Assembly: GCA_964035545.1 (NCBI GenBank)
Contig: OZ037771.1
Location: 4,909,628-4,973,627 of the forward strand
Direction of reading: 5' to 3'
DNA length: 64,000 bases
DNA from: Bugula neritina
Lineage: Eukaryota > Animalia > Bryozoa
Shown: in pieces, positions 36,801 through 49,540 of the stretch
Position numbering within the stretch: position 1 is the first letter of the stretch
How the letters are laid out: each line of letters opens with the position of its first letter
The notes under the pieces: generated by a model
Told to the model about the DNA's origin: nothing
What the model saw: only the letters and a program-made list of their open reading frames with translations
Databases searched by the model: none
Program-made: the position numbers and the translations under genes

Positions 36801-39800
36801 AACTAATTGATACATAAATAAACAATTAATTAGTGTTGTTTACCCCAACAGCTAAAATATGGCGAAAAACAAAAACATTTAAAAACACCTGTTTAGGCGA
36901 CACAGCCCATGTTTCTGAAATCATATATACTACCTAAACACAGAATCTCTCACATATGATAAAGTTTTACAGTCAATGATATCATATATATTACCTAAAC
37001 ACAGAATCTCTGACATATGATAAGGTTTTATATGTAAATGATACCATATATATTACCTAAACACAGAATCTCTGACATATGATAAGGTTTTACTTGTCTG
37101 TGATATTCGGAGGGAAGAATCTGAAGTTGATGAACCTGCAGCGTGTCTCAACACAACGTTCTCTTTCCCTGAAATATTACACACCACACATGAGGTCAGA
37201 GGTCATGAGATAAGAAACCCTATTGAATGTTGAAACATAAAAACCCAAATCAAAATAGTTTAAAAAACTAGGAACAGATGTTTACGTGAGTTGGCTGGTA
37301 AGGAAGTTTTGGCGAGTTGATTTGACCCTTTAGCGCTTTGGATGGTTGTTCGTGGACGAGCTTGTGGCTGGCTCCGTGGAGAATCATATACATCCTGCGA
37401 GCTGGCATTGTGACAGTGAGCGACAGGTGTCACAGGTTGTGTTGGATATTTTACGGGCTGTGCTCGAGGTGCTATGTCATACACCTCTTCTGAACTGTCA
37501 CCTTGACACTGAGGATCAGGTGCTACAGGCTGTGCTCGAGGTGCTATGTCATACACATCTTCTAAACTGTCACCTTGACACTGAGGATCAAGTGCTACGG
37601 GCTGTGCTCGAGGTGCTATGTCATACACATCTTCTAAACTGTCACCTTGACACTGAGGATCACGTGCTATGGCCTGTGCTCGAGGTGCTATGTCATACAC
37701 ATCCTCTGAACTGTCACCATGACACTGAGGATCAGGTGCTACGGGCTGTGCTCGAGGTGCTATGTCATACACATCTTCTGAACTGTCACCTTGACACTGA
37801 GGGTCAGGTGCTACGGGCTGTGCTCGAGGTGCTATGTCATACACTTCATTAGGGCTTTCAGCAAAATGATTCATGTCGGTGTAAGAACTTGACCTCGAGT
37901 TCGAATCAATGACAGTGTCTCTGGGTGGCTTTGGATGCCGAGTAAGCATACTGTGGAGATCCTCCGAGACTTCATCACTGACATGTTTGGTTGAAGCGTT
38001 GAAATATTTATGAATACGTGAAGAGTTGCCCACACACGGCGTAGGAAGTGCTGTTATATTCTTTGGCACATCGTACATTTCCTCCAACATCTTGCATTCT
38101 TCATAAGATCTACTACCAACGCTCTCCCGCGGCTCTGCAGCGCCAGGAGATATTTTAGGGGGTCTGGGAGGGGGAACAACTCCAAAGTTATCTCCGTCAT
38201 CTCCCGAGTGACTAGAGGTGGTGTGTTTGTCGTCTGCATTGATGCCGCTATCGGCAGCTTCTCTACAACACCACCAGTTGTTTAGAAACATATTAACCAG
38301 GCTGGTGGTCACTGTGTAAGCAGATATTCAGAAAACTATCTGATGAAATGCCATATTGGTAAAATTGAAACACTATATCAATAAAATAATAAGTTTTGCA
38401 AAACACAATTTTAGCTTTACAGCAGTCTAATGTGTGGACATTATTATAAATTTAAATCTTAGAGCAGTTAAAATGTTTTGCAAGATTTTTATAAGTTTTT
38501 TATAGAACAGATCAGCTTTTGCTTTGCCAAATTTATTTATAAAAGCAAATAAACGAATAATTGCAAGAAACATCTTATCAACACAACAAAGTTAAGTCAG
38601 AAATATTCTCAACAGTGCTCGGAAAACTACCTTAAAGCAACAACTTAGCAACTTAGAGTAAACTTTGAAATCTGTCATAAAACTGGTGACAATAAAATGG
38701 ATACACACCACTAAACCTGATTAAAGTACGTTAGATACTCAGAGCTCTATCAATGCACATTGCCATTATTCTGTGAAACAGGAAACACTTACGATTCGGA
38801 GGAGTAAGGTCGACCAGGAGAAGCAGGATTTAGATAGGTCTGGTAGACGGATTCCTCAGTGTCACTCTGCTATAGAATTCACATATATTTTACTTTAAAT
38901 GCAAAACTTTAAAAAAACTACTTAGCTTAGTAAAATCACTAAAGCTGATAGAAAAGAACAATATAACAGATGGAGATGGCGCCATACCACTGATGTTAAG
39001 TTTCGTAGTCGGGGCGTAGGAGCCGCCACCCGACTGGGGGGAGATGCGAGTGTCGGTGGAACATCATAGTCATCATACATGGCTGAATCCGGAGCTGAAA
39101 TATTATTATAGAAAGAAGTTACAAAACAGCCAACTGTAAACTCATAGTATCAATAACTGAGAACCAGTGTGTACATGTGGATAAGTACAACAGCTAGGAC
39201 ATTGTGAGGTGAATCAAGGTGAGTGATAGAGGTGAGATAGCATACCCATAGATCTAGAGGAATGGTGAGGTAATATACAAGACAATGTGCACCACACTAA
39301 CTCATTCATCACAACATAATAATGTGATAGAGCAAGTTCTGACAACTCTAACCAAACAACAACACAATAACGAATAGCAAAGATCATTTCTTTATTCCCA
39401 GAAAAAGAAGATAACCCTAGAGCTGGTCAGTGCAAACATAATATACTAAAAGTAAGTGTACTAAAAACTTGGCAATCGAAAACAAATTCACAAATGACGA
39501 AGACTTAAACTCATGAAATCTGGAAGAATTTAAAGCAAGCACTAGATGTGCACAGGTAGCTGTAGTTCTGGACACAGAGACAACAATGACAGTAAATCTT
39601 GTTGACTCTTAAAAATCTCCGCAAATTTTTGAAATGATTTAATGGATTGCCAAGTTTTGAAATAGCGGCCAGAGCTGAACTACAACTAATAAGATACACC
39701 AACAACTGACAATGTCGAACTGCGTGTTACCTTCACCACTGCTAAAACAGTATACAAGTATTCAACTGGCAGTTTCGGCAGTAACTGAATAAATATAAAC

Positions 39801-42422
39801 ACAAGGTAAATACCAACTGTACCAAACACTGTACACCTGCTGAAAGTAGACAGGGGGAATTGCAAACAGACTCCCATTAAATTAGAGACTTTTTAAACCA
39901 CAGCATTGTAATTAAAAACAAACATTTAATAAAACTTGCTTTGCCTATGCCTTACACCAACCTTGCTCAAGTTTTTACTAAAGTTATACACAACTAATAG
40001 TATTTGTAGTTGCTAACTAAATCAGACACAGTATTGGCAGATAATGGGTGATAGGCAGCTCAATACAAATGAAAGAAGTGGACCTAATGTTTCCTCGTAA
40101 ACATAACCCAAGACCCAGCTTACCTGTATAGCATTGTGACAGATGTACATAGCCTTTAGCCTCAGCTTCTGGGCTTACTTCAGTTATGGTAGGGGAGGTA
40201 GACGGCCCTTTAGGGGTCTTTTCTTCGGATGTTGAATTGTTATCTAACAATATTATGGTTAATATACCACTACACACACTCTCTAGGAACTCATACAGGA
40301 AATACAGTTAGCTTTAGGTTAGAGCTATAGAAGTGGGAAGCAAAAAACCAAACAAGTATAAGAAATGCTAGAACTTGTTATTTAGGCTGTGACCAGCTGA
40401 GTTTAGAGAAATGTAAGATTATAACCGGCTGTTTTTATTTTTGAAGTATGTGTGTTGAAAAAGTATTAAACAAGAAAACCTCTCCCTTCTATCCTCCCTT
40501 CAGAAATTAGGCTAAACATTTACTGTTGCACTAAACAAGCATGAACTAGGTGTGCCGAGCTAGCTTAATCTACTGTTCAAGTTTATTCATTTCTGTCACC
40601 AAAACAATGATGTCTTCATAGATGTTAACCCGCGCACCCTAGATATAGTTTATAAAGCTGCCACAGGTCAAACATAGAAGACTGTTTCCAACACAACAGA
40701 TATTTGTTATGAGTATAAATCTTCTAACTTACCATAACTATCAGGTTCACCTAATCAAGTAGCACAGTAACTGACCAATCGGGACTTGAATATAAACATA
40801 TGCTATTTTAAAAACATTTTTGTGATGAAAACAAGCAGTTAAAGAAGTTACATATAAACAGAGTAAACAGAATAGAGCCTGTGTAAACATAGGATGCTCT
40901 CACCAGACTGCCTATTTTCCTGGTGGAGGTTACAGATTCTACACAAACATTCGACCCATTTCAACATGGCTTCCTCGGTGTCCGCCGCCAAATAATAGAG
41001 CCTATTCTGTAAGTAAAGAGGTGTTTATAGGTAGGACTATAGGAATATATAGTACTCATGTAGCTACACTTGTACAACTACAGTAGCACACTGTACTCCT
41101 GTAGCCACACTAGTACAACTACAGTAGCACACTGTACTCCTGTAGCTACACTAGTACAACTACATGAGTACACTAGTGTAACTACAGCTACACAAGTACA
41201 GCCACACAAGTACAGTTACACTTAGTGTAACTGGACTCCTGTAGCCACACTAGTACAACTACAGTAGCATACAGCTACACCAATGTAGCCATAATAATAT
41301 ATATACAATTTTAGCCATAATCAAATCAAATGAGGCAAAACATTCACACAGAGTTGTATAATTAATCACACAGTGAGATCACCAGGGTAATAACAGGGTT
41401 ATAATGCTCCAATAGCAGTAGTCACGGCCAATACACGTAGAGTACAACACAATACAAGTCCAATGTCTAAATCAGCCTTGCTTTTGAATAGCTTCCATCA
41501 TTCAGATTGATCAAATCTACACAATAGACTAGCATCAACATATACTTCCTCATGAAACTGCACTGATCAGAGAATCATGTGTCCTGCTATTCTATTGGTC
41601 GAATAGGCATTGGGAGAATGGGATTCCTGGATTTGTTTAAATTAACAACAACTGATATACTCACTACACCTAGTAGAGGAATGCAATGCATTACTAACAT
41701 TTTGGGATGAGACTTGAATGGCAAACAGATGCTGGTAGTAGGCTGTGTCTAGAGACGACTCAATCTTCTCGCACTGAGCCAAGTTGATGGATCCCAGTTT
41801 ATTCTGGAGAGAGTCATCCTTGTAATAACTCAGTTTGTATCGATTGGGGAACAAAGGTGAAGGTCGATATAGCCTGAAAAATCGTCTTCTCCATTTCTAA
41901 AATATAATAATGAAAAAATCCATTCGACATAATGCGATAATGGAAACGTAGTGATATAACAGAGCCCAACAGAGAGAATATGACTCCCACCATCTATTAT
42001 AACGAGTTCCAACTACTATTGAATAGCAACCTAATAACCAACTTGACCTTGACATTTCTACATTGACAACTGCCCAACAGAATATGCATGTAAAAGAACA
42101 GCATAATATTATGTTTCTCCGTATGCTAACCTAACGTAAAGTAAGTTATCTGAATGGAAGATCATGTTAACAAACAAATGAAACAGTTACACAAATAGAA
42201 TGACTGCAGCACATTGGTAGGTGTGTATGTGTTATGCGCTCACAACTGTGTTTATAACAAACAACTACTTTGCTATTACTATCCACAATGCCTGTTAACA
42301 CTAGAGATCAAAATTAGCTCCCATTGCTACAATTACGTGGTGTTTTCCAATGTGCTACTATATCTTGCATGATGCCAGAACGAAACTCAATCAAAGTACC
42401 GTACTTGTTTATATATTATATA

Positions 42423-42492
<70 letters not shown>

Positions 42493-42796
42493 TATATATA
42501 TTATATATATATATATTATTCTCATAATTATTTTATACCCAATATTATATATATTATATTATTTATAAATAACAGTTATAACATATTATTAATCTAAACT
42601 TATATCATGTGAAACATGAAAGCTAATTTCAATAAACAAGACATAAACCTAGCTACTCTAACAATTTAGCTGTTGGCAGTAGAGAAATTAGCTCCATACT
42701 TACAGCTTTAACAGGGATATGAACTTTTCCCTTTAAAAAAGTGACAAACTTATCACCAGGTGACTTCGTCAACCATCCACAGAGTATATCTTCCAT
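33809..42796 (-). CDS. GAB: GAB/DOS-family (GRB2-associated binder) docking protein with N-terminal PH domain
   Basis: Minus-strand exons 42796-42704, 41896-41699, 41006-40904, 40243-40124, 39094-38988, 38869-38793, 38262-37286, 37168-37094, ~36434(or 36466)-36355, 35707-35609, 34624-34478, 33907-33809. PH domain CGWLTKSP...KWRRRFF...GSINLAQCEKI...YYLAADTEEAMLKWVECLCRIC; GRB2-type PPPRPPK; YDVP/YDSP/YDIP; YTDM; tandem C-terminal SHP2-type sites LQYIQLD and VQYVAIDHTKTQGL. The acceptor of the 36355 exon is uncertain. Confidence 0.85.
34986..35600. repeat. 15-bp minisatellite (TTAGTAGTACAGAGT-type, ~40 copies) in a GAB intron
   Basis: Direct inspection; on the minus strand it starts ~8 nt after the donor at 35608. 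Confidence 0.95.
35818..36053. mobile_element. Non-autonomous hAT (Charlie/Buster-like) MITE, 236 bp
   Basis: Termini CAGGGGTGGGCAAC ... GTTGTCCACCTCTG (12/14 inverted match), internal GGCCC subterminal repeats, degenerate 8-bp TSD GACTAGAC / GTCTAGAG matching the nTCTAGAn target preference of this group. Confidence 0.85.
36915..37095. repeat. 60-bp tandem repeat, ~3 copies, abutting a GAB splice donor
   Basis: TACCTAAACACAGAATCTCT..ACATATGATAA.GTTTTA repeated at ~36931, ~36992, ~37053. Confidence 0.85.
37452..37848 (-). repeat. Coding 72-bp (24-aa) tandem repeat within GAB: VYDIAPRAQPVAPDPQCQGDSSED, ~5.5 copies (6 Tyr sites)
   Basis: TGCTCGAGGTGCTATGTCAT recurs with 72-bp period (37461, 37533, ...); translation in ORF 37260-38312. 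Confidence 0.95.
41050..41285. repeat. ~41-bp degenerate minisatellite (CTCCTGTAGCCACACTAGTACAACTACAGTAGCACACTGTA) in a GAB intron
   Basis: Direct inspection. Confidence 0.75.
42410..42520. repeat. (TA)n microsatellite
   Basis: Direct inspection. Confidence 0.9.
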
Positions 42797-45700
42797 CAAA
42801 TTGACCTCTACATAATAATAGCACATTGCAGCACAGAATAAATCTTCCATCAAATTGATCTTTACATAATACTAGCACATTTCCGATGATGTCACACTTT
42901 CTCAGATACACACAGTTAATGTTTTAAATCAGGGAATAAATATTAGAAAGCCGCTGGCACTGTTTTTTATAATAAAATAATTTAATAATTAGTAGAGATC
43001 AAGTTCTGACACAGAAACCCGCTAGCAGAACAGGACAGAGCGGAGATAGATGAGGATATGTGAGGAAGTATTGACACAGAAATAGGTCAAGTGCTAAAAA
43101 AGGACTGCTTTAAAGTATGGTGAAGTTTAAGTGTGGCAATACTTTGGTAATTTCAGAAAAACTTTTTCAACATGACTTGTAGATTTTTCAATAAGACCAG
43201 TCAAGACAAGGTGCAAATATATTGATTGGATTCCACCTTCAAGTGCAGTTGCTGTCTAGGCAGCCATTTAACATCAACACAACTGCATTATTTAGACATG
43301 CAGAGCTCTGGTAGCGTGATACAACCTAGTCCAATAAGAACTACTTTGCATGACATGCCAATTAAATGTGACATGATGACATGCCTGTTCCAAAGGCTAC
43401 TTTATAAGAGAGTTAAATTAAATTTGTTCTTTAAAGCAAAAGCTGTGCATGAACATTGTTTATATAAACATGTGATGAAACTGGAACTTAATTTTAAACA
43501 AGCTATAATATTTATAGTCGATTATTGAAAACCAGGAAACTATTTTTAGAGAATTTAATGTCTGTTATCTGGAAAGTTTGTAAATTTAGTAAAAAGTATC
43601 AATCAGAATAGACATGTTGAATAATTTCACACTCAGAAATGTTGGCCTATGTCAATTATAGTTGAAATATGTGAAACGTAACAGCTAATTTCAACATAAA
43701 AGATATGGTTCTAATGACACACTACAAATCTAATAGTAATGAAAAGTTACTTTTTTTAAACTCGGGCTCAGAAAATTGCAAGTACATTATAGTCTTAAAA
43801 TAGTAGATTATCTGGTAATGCAAGTGAAAAATTCCTTAGACGAAAGAGTTTGCTTTTACTCATAGATAAAAATAGTCATTTTGGTGTTTCTATTTGGTGC
43901 AAAACAGAAAAACAAGTACTTTTAGTAAACATGTGTGATCAATACATATAAATAGATATATGAGTATTGAGAATTGTTATCACTTATTTCCCTTATCATT
44001 ATCCGTCTACTATGAATTTGTGGCTTGGAGAAAATATGTATTAATCAGAATTAGAGCTAGTGTGATAGCAGATGCTAGATGGTGTAAAACATGTGAATGC
44101 AAAAGGATGTGCTCAAAGATATACAAGATGGTAATCACAATGATCATAATAACTATAAAACTTTAATCACAATCATCATTGCCATAATGCTATAACAATC
44201 GACGTAAATATTTCATTTCAATTTGAATCAAGTTTGATATTTTTCTCAAATGTCTAACTAGACGATTTAAATTTCATTTATAATAATTGGAGCTCTAACA
44301 GAAAATGAGACTAGCCAAATATTAATGATGAATATAAAATTAAAGAAAGCATAATAATAATAATAATACTGCCAATGGTAATATCATAAAGATAAAGATA
44401 GTGACGATCATTATGATCATACATCATGGAACCAGTCTAATATCTTCAGTCAAACTCACTGTAATCAACAGCCATGGAAATATCAGTATGACTATGAATG
44501 AACAATGCCAACAGTAACATTAATTAACGAAGGCAAATCATTATAACTATATACAATATTAGTAGTTATTGGGGTGAATCTATGCCATACCCATATACTA
44601 TAAGGCAACACAAATGCAAACAATAAATTATAAACATAAATGATTATATAAAGTACATGTGCTAATTTTTTAACTCATTACCTGGAATGTAAAATGAGCA
44701 TTAGTCTCAGAATGATTAAAGCATTATTTTATGGTAAATTTATTATAAAGCGAAAGTGGAGAGTAGTATTCCAAGACTAACAGCAACTTTAAGTCTAATC
44801 TTGAGGCTTGAGTAATCGTTTAAAAACTATTAAAAACTGATTATAGTTATACTATTACTATAAGTATCAGCATAACTGATACTACTATAAGTATAGGCCT
44901 AACTAAAAAAACTAAGTTAGGTAAGTACATGTATAAAAATTAGATTATTAGTCCCTAGAAATTATTGAATATCATAAGCCTGAATAAAAGATAAGCCCAA
45001 AACTAAGAGTAGGAGTAAGTATAACTATAAGTATTAGTATTGGTATAAGTATAACATTAACTATAAGTATAAGTTCAAGGTAAGTGATAATCATGATCAT
45101 AATGATAATGATAATAATAATATCAACTTAAACTTTAAGTTTAACTCATTAAGTTTAACCTCAGATAATTATTATCATCAATATTATAATATTTTAGTGA
45201 TTTACAATTATAAATTACTATTAGTATAAGTATTACTATTACTATTAGTATTAGATTTAGTAATAAACCAGCGGCAGCAGTATTATAATAATTAATAAAT
45301 TATTATTAGTATTACTAGCAGTACTAATACTGTTACAACTTGAATTCAAATTGCAAGCATAATCATAAACTATAAGTATAATGATGAAACAAAAACTGAA
45401 GATTGAATGATTTAATTTTATCATAATGATTAATATTATCATTATGATAATAATAATCATTTTATGATTATTATTAATAATAGTATTAGTAGCAAAGTTA
45501 AAATTATAATGATCGTTATCTAACACTAATAGTAATAGTAACCGTAATGGCAATGAGATTGCATACAAAACCAAAAAATTGGTCAAGTGTTATGGCATAT
45601 GGATATTGGTGCAATATGAATATTCTATTCACCATGATTGAAGAAGAGAAACTGAGGAGTAGCCAATACAATTTATGTATAGAAGAGAGACCTTACAGTA

Positions 45701-48700
45701 AAGGGCGTGGCTCACTAACATCATAACTGATAGTAAATGTGGCGATATTCACAAAACTAATTGTTGTATAGTCGAACAAGCTACCAGCGAAAGCGTAAAA
45801 GACACGCCTACATAAAGAACAAAGTCGCTAATTTTAGTCGTCCTATTGTAGTACTTAGGAGTTATCTTTATCTTTTACTTAGCCCAGAAGTTGACATAAT
45901 ATTATATAATAGCGCAGAGAATTGCAACTTGAAAAGCACATGTGATCTATTACTATATAAACGACATAGGTGAAAGGTTATAAAACGGCACAATAATAAA
46001 CACATACTCCAACAAATGAAAAATATTTTCAGATTAATTCCGCTATACATTGAGACTTAAATTTCATAAACCCAGTGCCAAAATAATTATTTGTTAGATA
46101 TCAGAACCACAGGGCAGTCATAAATATTAGGTAGTACAAGCTTTTATATCCTACTAATAGGCAGAAAATGTTGCATAGAAAATTTTACAAGCCCACATGT
46201 ACAAGGAATATTACTAAATAGGTACACATCTAGCAAAGTCATATTGCTTCCATTAAAGAGTAGCAAACACTTGCAAGAATTTCCAGCATTCTTGCAAGAA
46301 TCTTGCAACAACATAAGACAATAATATACAGTTATATAAGTTACATAGGCTTTGTGAATTATCACTCATTAATACAATTTAAATTATTACTTATAGAGAG
46401 ATTGCCCATAATTAATTGAAGACAGCTGGTGTGTAACATATTACAGCATGCTAATTATTATACAAGGTGTTACAGTGTACCAAATGAACTTCTCAATATA
46501 TCCCTCTATATCTCTATTAGGAAAGAGAGAAAGAATAACTCTTAAGAATACCAAATAAAGATAATACCAGTATAATAAAAAGAGTATTTTGAAAGCAATA
46601 TTTTCAGACAATGCTGTTAAATATAGATAAGTGTTTATATCTTCTTCTCTACACTGGATTATAACTGTTAAATACCAAATGAAATATCATGCACTTATAT
46701 ACTGCGTCTCTGGTCATGTGCAATATTTAAATAGGTATTTAGTATGTACCAACACATATGTGACCTCCCACCACAAAACAGGGAGCGTTGGTCAGTTTTT
46801 CAAAATAGAGTTATTAGTACAAAGTTAAAGAGCAGATCTTTGCAATCATTTTGCAATTTATTTGAAGTCTCTAGTGCAGATAGAACTCGAGATATTGATA
46901 TTCAAAAGCCTTGGCGTTTTTAAAACAATCAATTTACGTTTTTGAGAAATTCGCTTTTAAAGTAAGGAGGTCTGGAATAATTTATGGATTATGTGTTTAC
47001 ATTTGTCAAGCCTTAGCAACGGGCCTTTTTATTCTAGCAAACTGGACAAAGTTGATATCAAAACATTTGTTTAAGTATGGGCTTTCAGCTCAACCAGTTT
47101 TTACGTTTCCCAAACAAAAAATTAGGTCAAAGATGGCCGCCAAACTTGTTGTAACTTTATTTTCCCCGAATAGCTATTAAATTGTGATAACAGTTGAAAA
47201 TTTTGCTACTTTCAGCACATATAAGGACCTTTAAGCACTTTTTTGCACCGACATTCATTTGAACCAACTATGCTAACTAGGTGTCGTATGAAACAAAATG
47301 GCAGCCATTTCCTGTTTTACGTTTGCTATTTCCCTCATTATTAATATCTCATGTAACATGTCCAACTGTAGCTATTGAGCCATGCCATTCGATAGTATCA
47401 ATTGTTTCATGCGTAAAAATCATATGAGAGAATCATTCAACTATTATGATATTATACAAAATTTATTCAGTCATACAGTTACAATGTAGAGTGATCAAAA
47501 GTTACACATAGGGAATCAGTTGAGATATTGAGTATTCATACAAGAAAATAAGGTATAAGTTATTTTTAATCTTCAAATCAATTATTATAAACAGATAAAA
47601 GTGTAGAAATTCAGCATAAATGAAACTTAAATTAATTCATATAGCAGAAAGACTGCTTAGGCCTCAGGTGATTCTTATGGTCTCTGAATCTTTGTCCTTG
47701 TTCTTCATAGCGTGAGTTTACAGAGTATAAGCACATAACCAAGAGTTTAATTGCTGCTACAAACGATATTCCAGTAGTCAAAGTTAATAGATGCTGCTAC
47801 TATAAATCTACCCTGTTCATCTATAGCCACTTAGACCTGCAATTATAATATTAAACTTATTTTTAGATAATAAAAGAGAACAATAGTGCATTAGAAATTA
47901 AATCTGGCTATAAAATGTAATTGTTTTAACACCATTTAACTACTATATTACAGCAGCTAATAATTATTGAGCAATTTCTCAACATTTAAGTTTATAGCCA
48001 GTTTGAAGGCACATTTGCAAACTAGTTATTTATAAAATTTCTGAGCATAATGAAATACTAGACACCTTTTTTCGAGTAAAGTTAGCAGAAGCTATAAGCT
48101 TGCAAGCGGTAGCTCTCCAAATGCAGGGAGTCCGGATCACAAGTGTAAGAATGATAGGTTATATGCAGCATGCTCTTGAGCTGTATAGGCGACATACCAA
48201 ACAGCACCTCATCGACAAGTTCCATCATGTTGCCCTCACATCTTCACTTTCCTAAAATGAAAATAATGTTATATTCTTGAATAATAATCATGATGTAGTA
48301 ATAATAATATTTTCTTTTTCTATTGCCATCAAAAATTAAGTCATTTGAATATTTAGCATGTTTGAATCTGCAGTACTAAAGCAATGAGCTTGTATTTGAA
48401 AAATAAAACAACTAATTAATCAATATACTATTTAACATTCAATTCAAAGTGAGTAGACAGAGCTAGCCAAGTAGCAACAAAACCTACTAAATATAGCTAC
48501 TGCAAAACCAATTTCAATTCAATTATTTACTTAAATATAAATAAATATAATAAATAAATCAGCATAAGTAGTTGTAGTACTCCAATTCTATTTTGAAACT
48601 GGAAAGTCTTGCATGATAAAAGTGATGTATTCTAATAGTCATAGATAACTATAAGATTTAAACTAAGGGTAGCTGTAAGTGTTAGGCTGACAGTGACTAA

Positions 48701-49540
48701 CAACAAGTGACTTGACTTTGACATCATTATTATAGTTTCACTCTTAAAGATCTTAATCACTGTTATTATGAATATTATTATTATACTTGAACTTATTCAA
48801 ATTGAATTACATTCGATATTTCAGTATGAGTATAGATTATGTTAAATATTCATATTCAATATAAAAGTAGCGCTCCGCTGACTGTGGACCACTTAACATG
48901 CCCAGACTTAAAATTTCTATAAATAATCAATATGAAAATCAAAATGAACATTTAATACTATGAACTTCAAGTTAATGATAATAATAATATAATATTCAAT
49001 AAGATTATCACAAGAACTAACTGAAAGAATTACTAATAGTATTAGTGTAATACTGAACCCTATTTAATAGTATTATCAATGTGAGTATGAGCATTTAATT
49101 TTGAATAAAAATAAAACACTCAATACTAAAAATTTCTAGTTAAAAATATCATCTTTTTAGCACCAGCTGTTAAAAATGAAAGTCAAGAAAGCATTTGACC
49201 TACATAGGCTAGAGTAAATCACTAAATCAAAATGAAAATGTAATACTATTATTATTTATTAATACAAATAACTTAATAAGTATATAACTCGGATTGATTG
49301 ATATTTTAATCATCATCATGATTATTAATATTATTAAATTCAAAAACTACAGCATTAGAAGTAGAAGTATAACTTTAACTATAAGTATAAGTTAATAACT
49401 ACTAGTGAATTATATAATTATTTAGTAGCGTAAATGAGCTATTTTCAGTATAATTACCTGCTTTGTAGTGATTTAATCATAAAGTCCAAAGATAAAGATC
49501 AATATTAAACTACAGCTAAGGAAATTAGTTGCGTTAAAAG

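Noticed and set aside
37346-37852. 168-aa plus-strand repeat ORF
   Set aside because: Antisense shadow of the 72-bp coding repeat in GAB.
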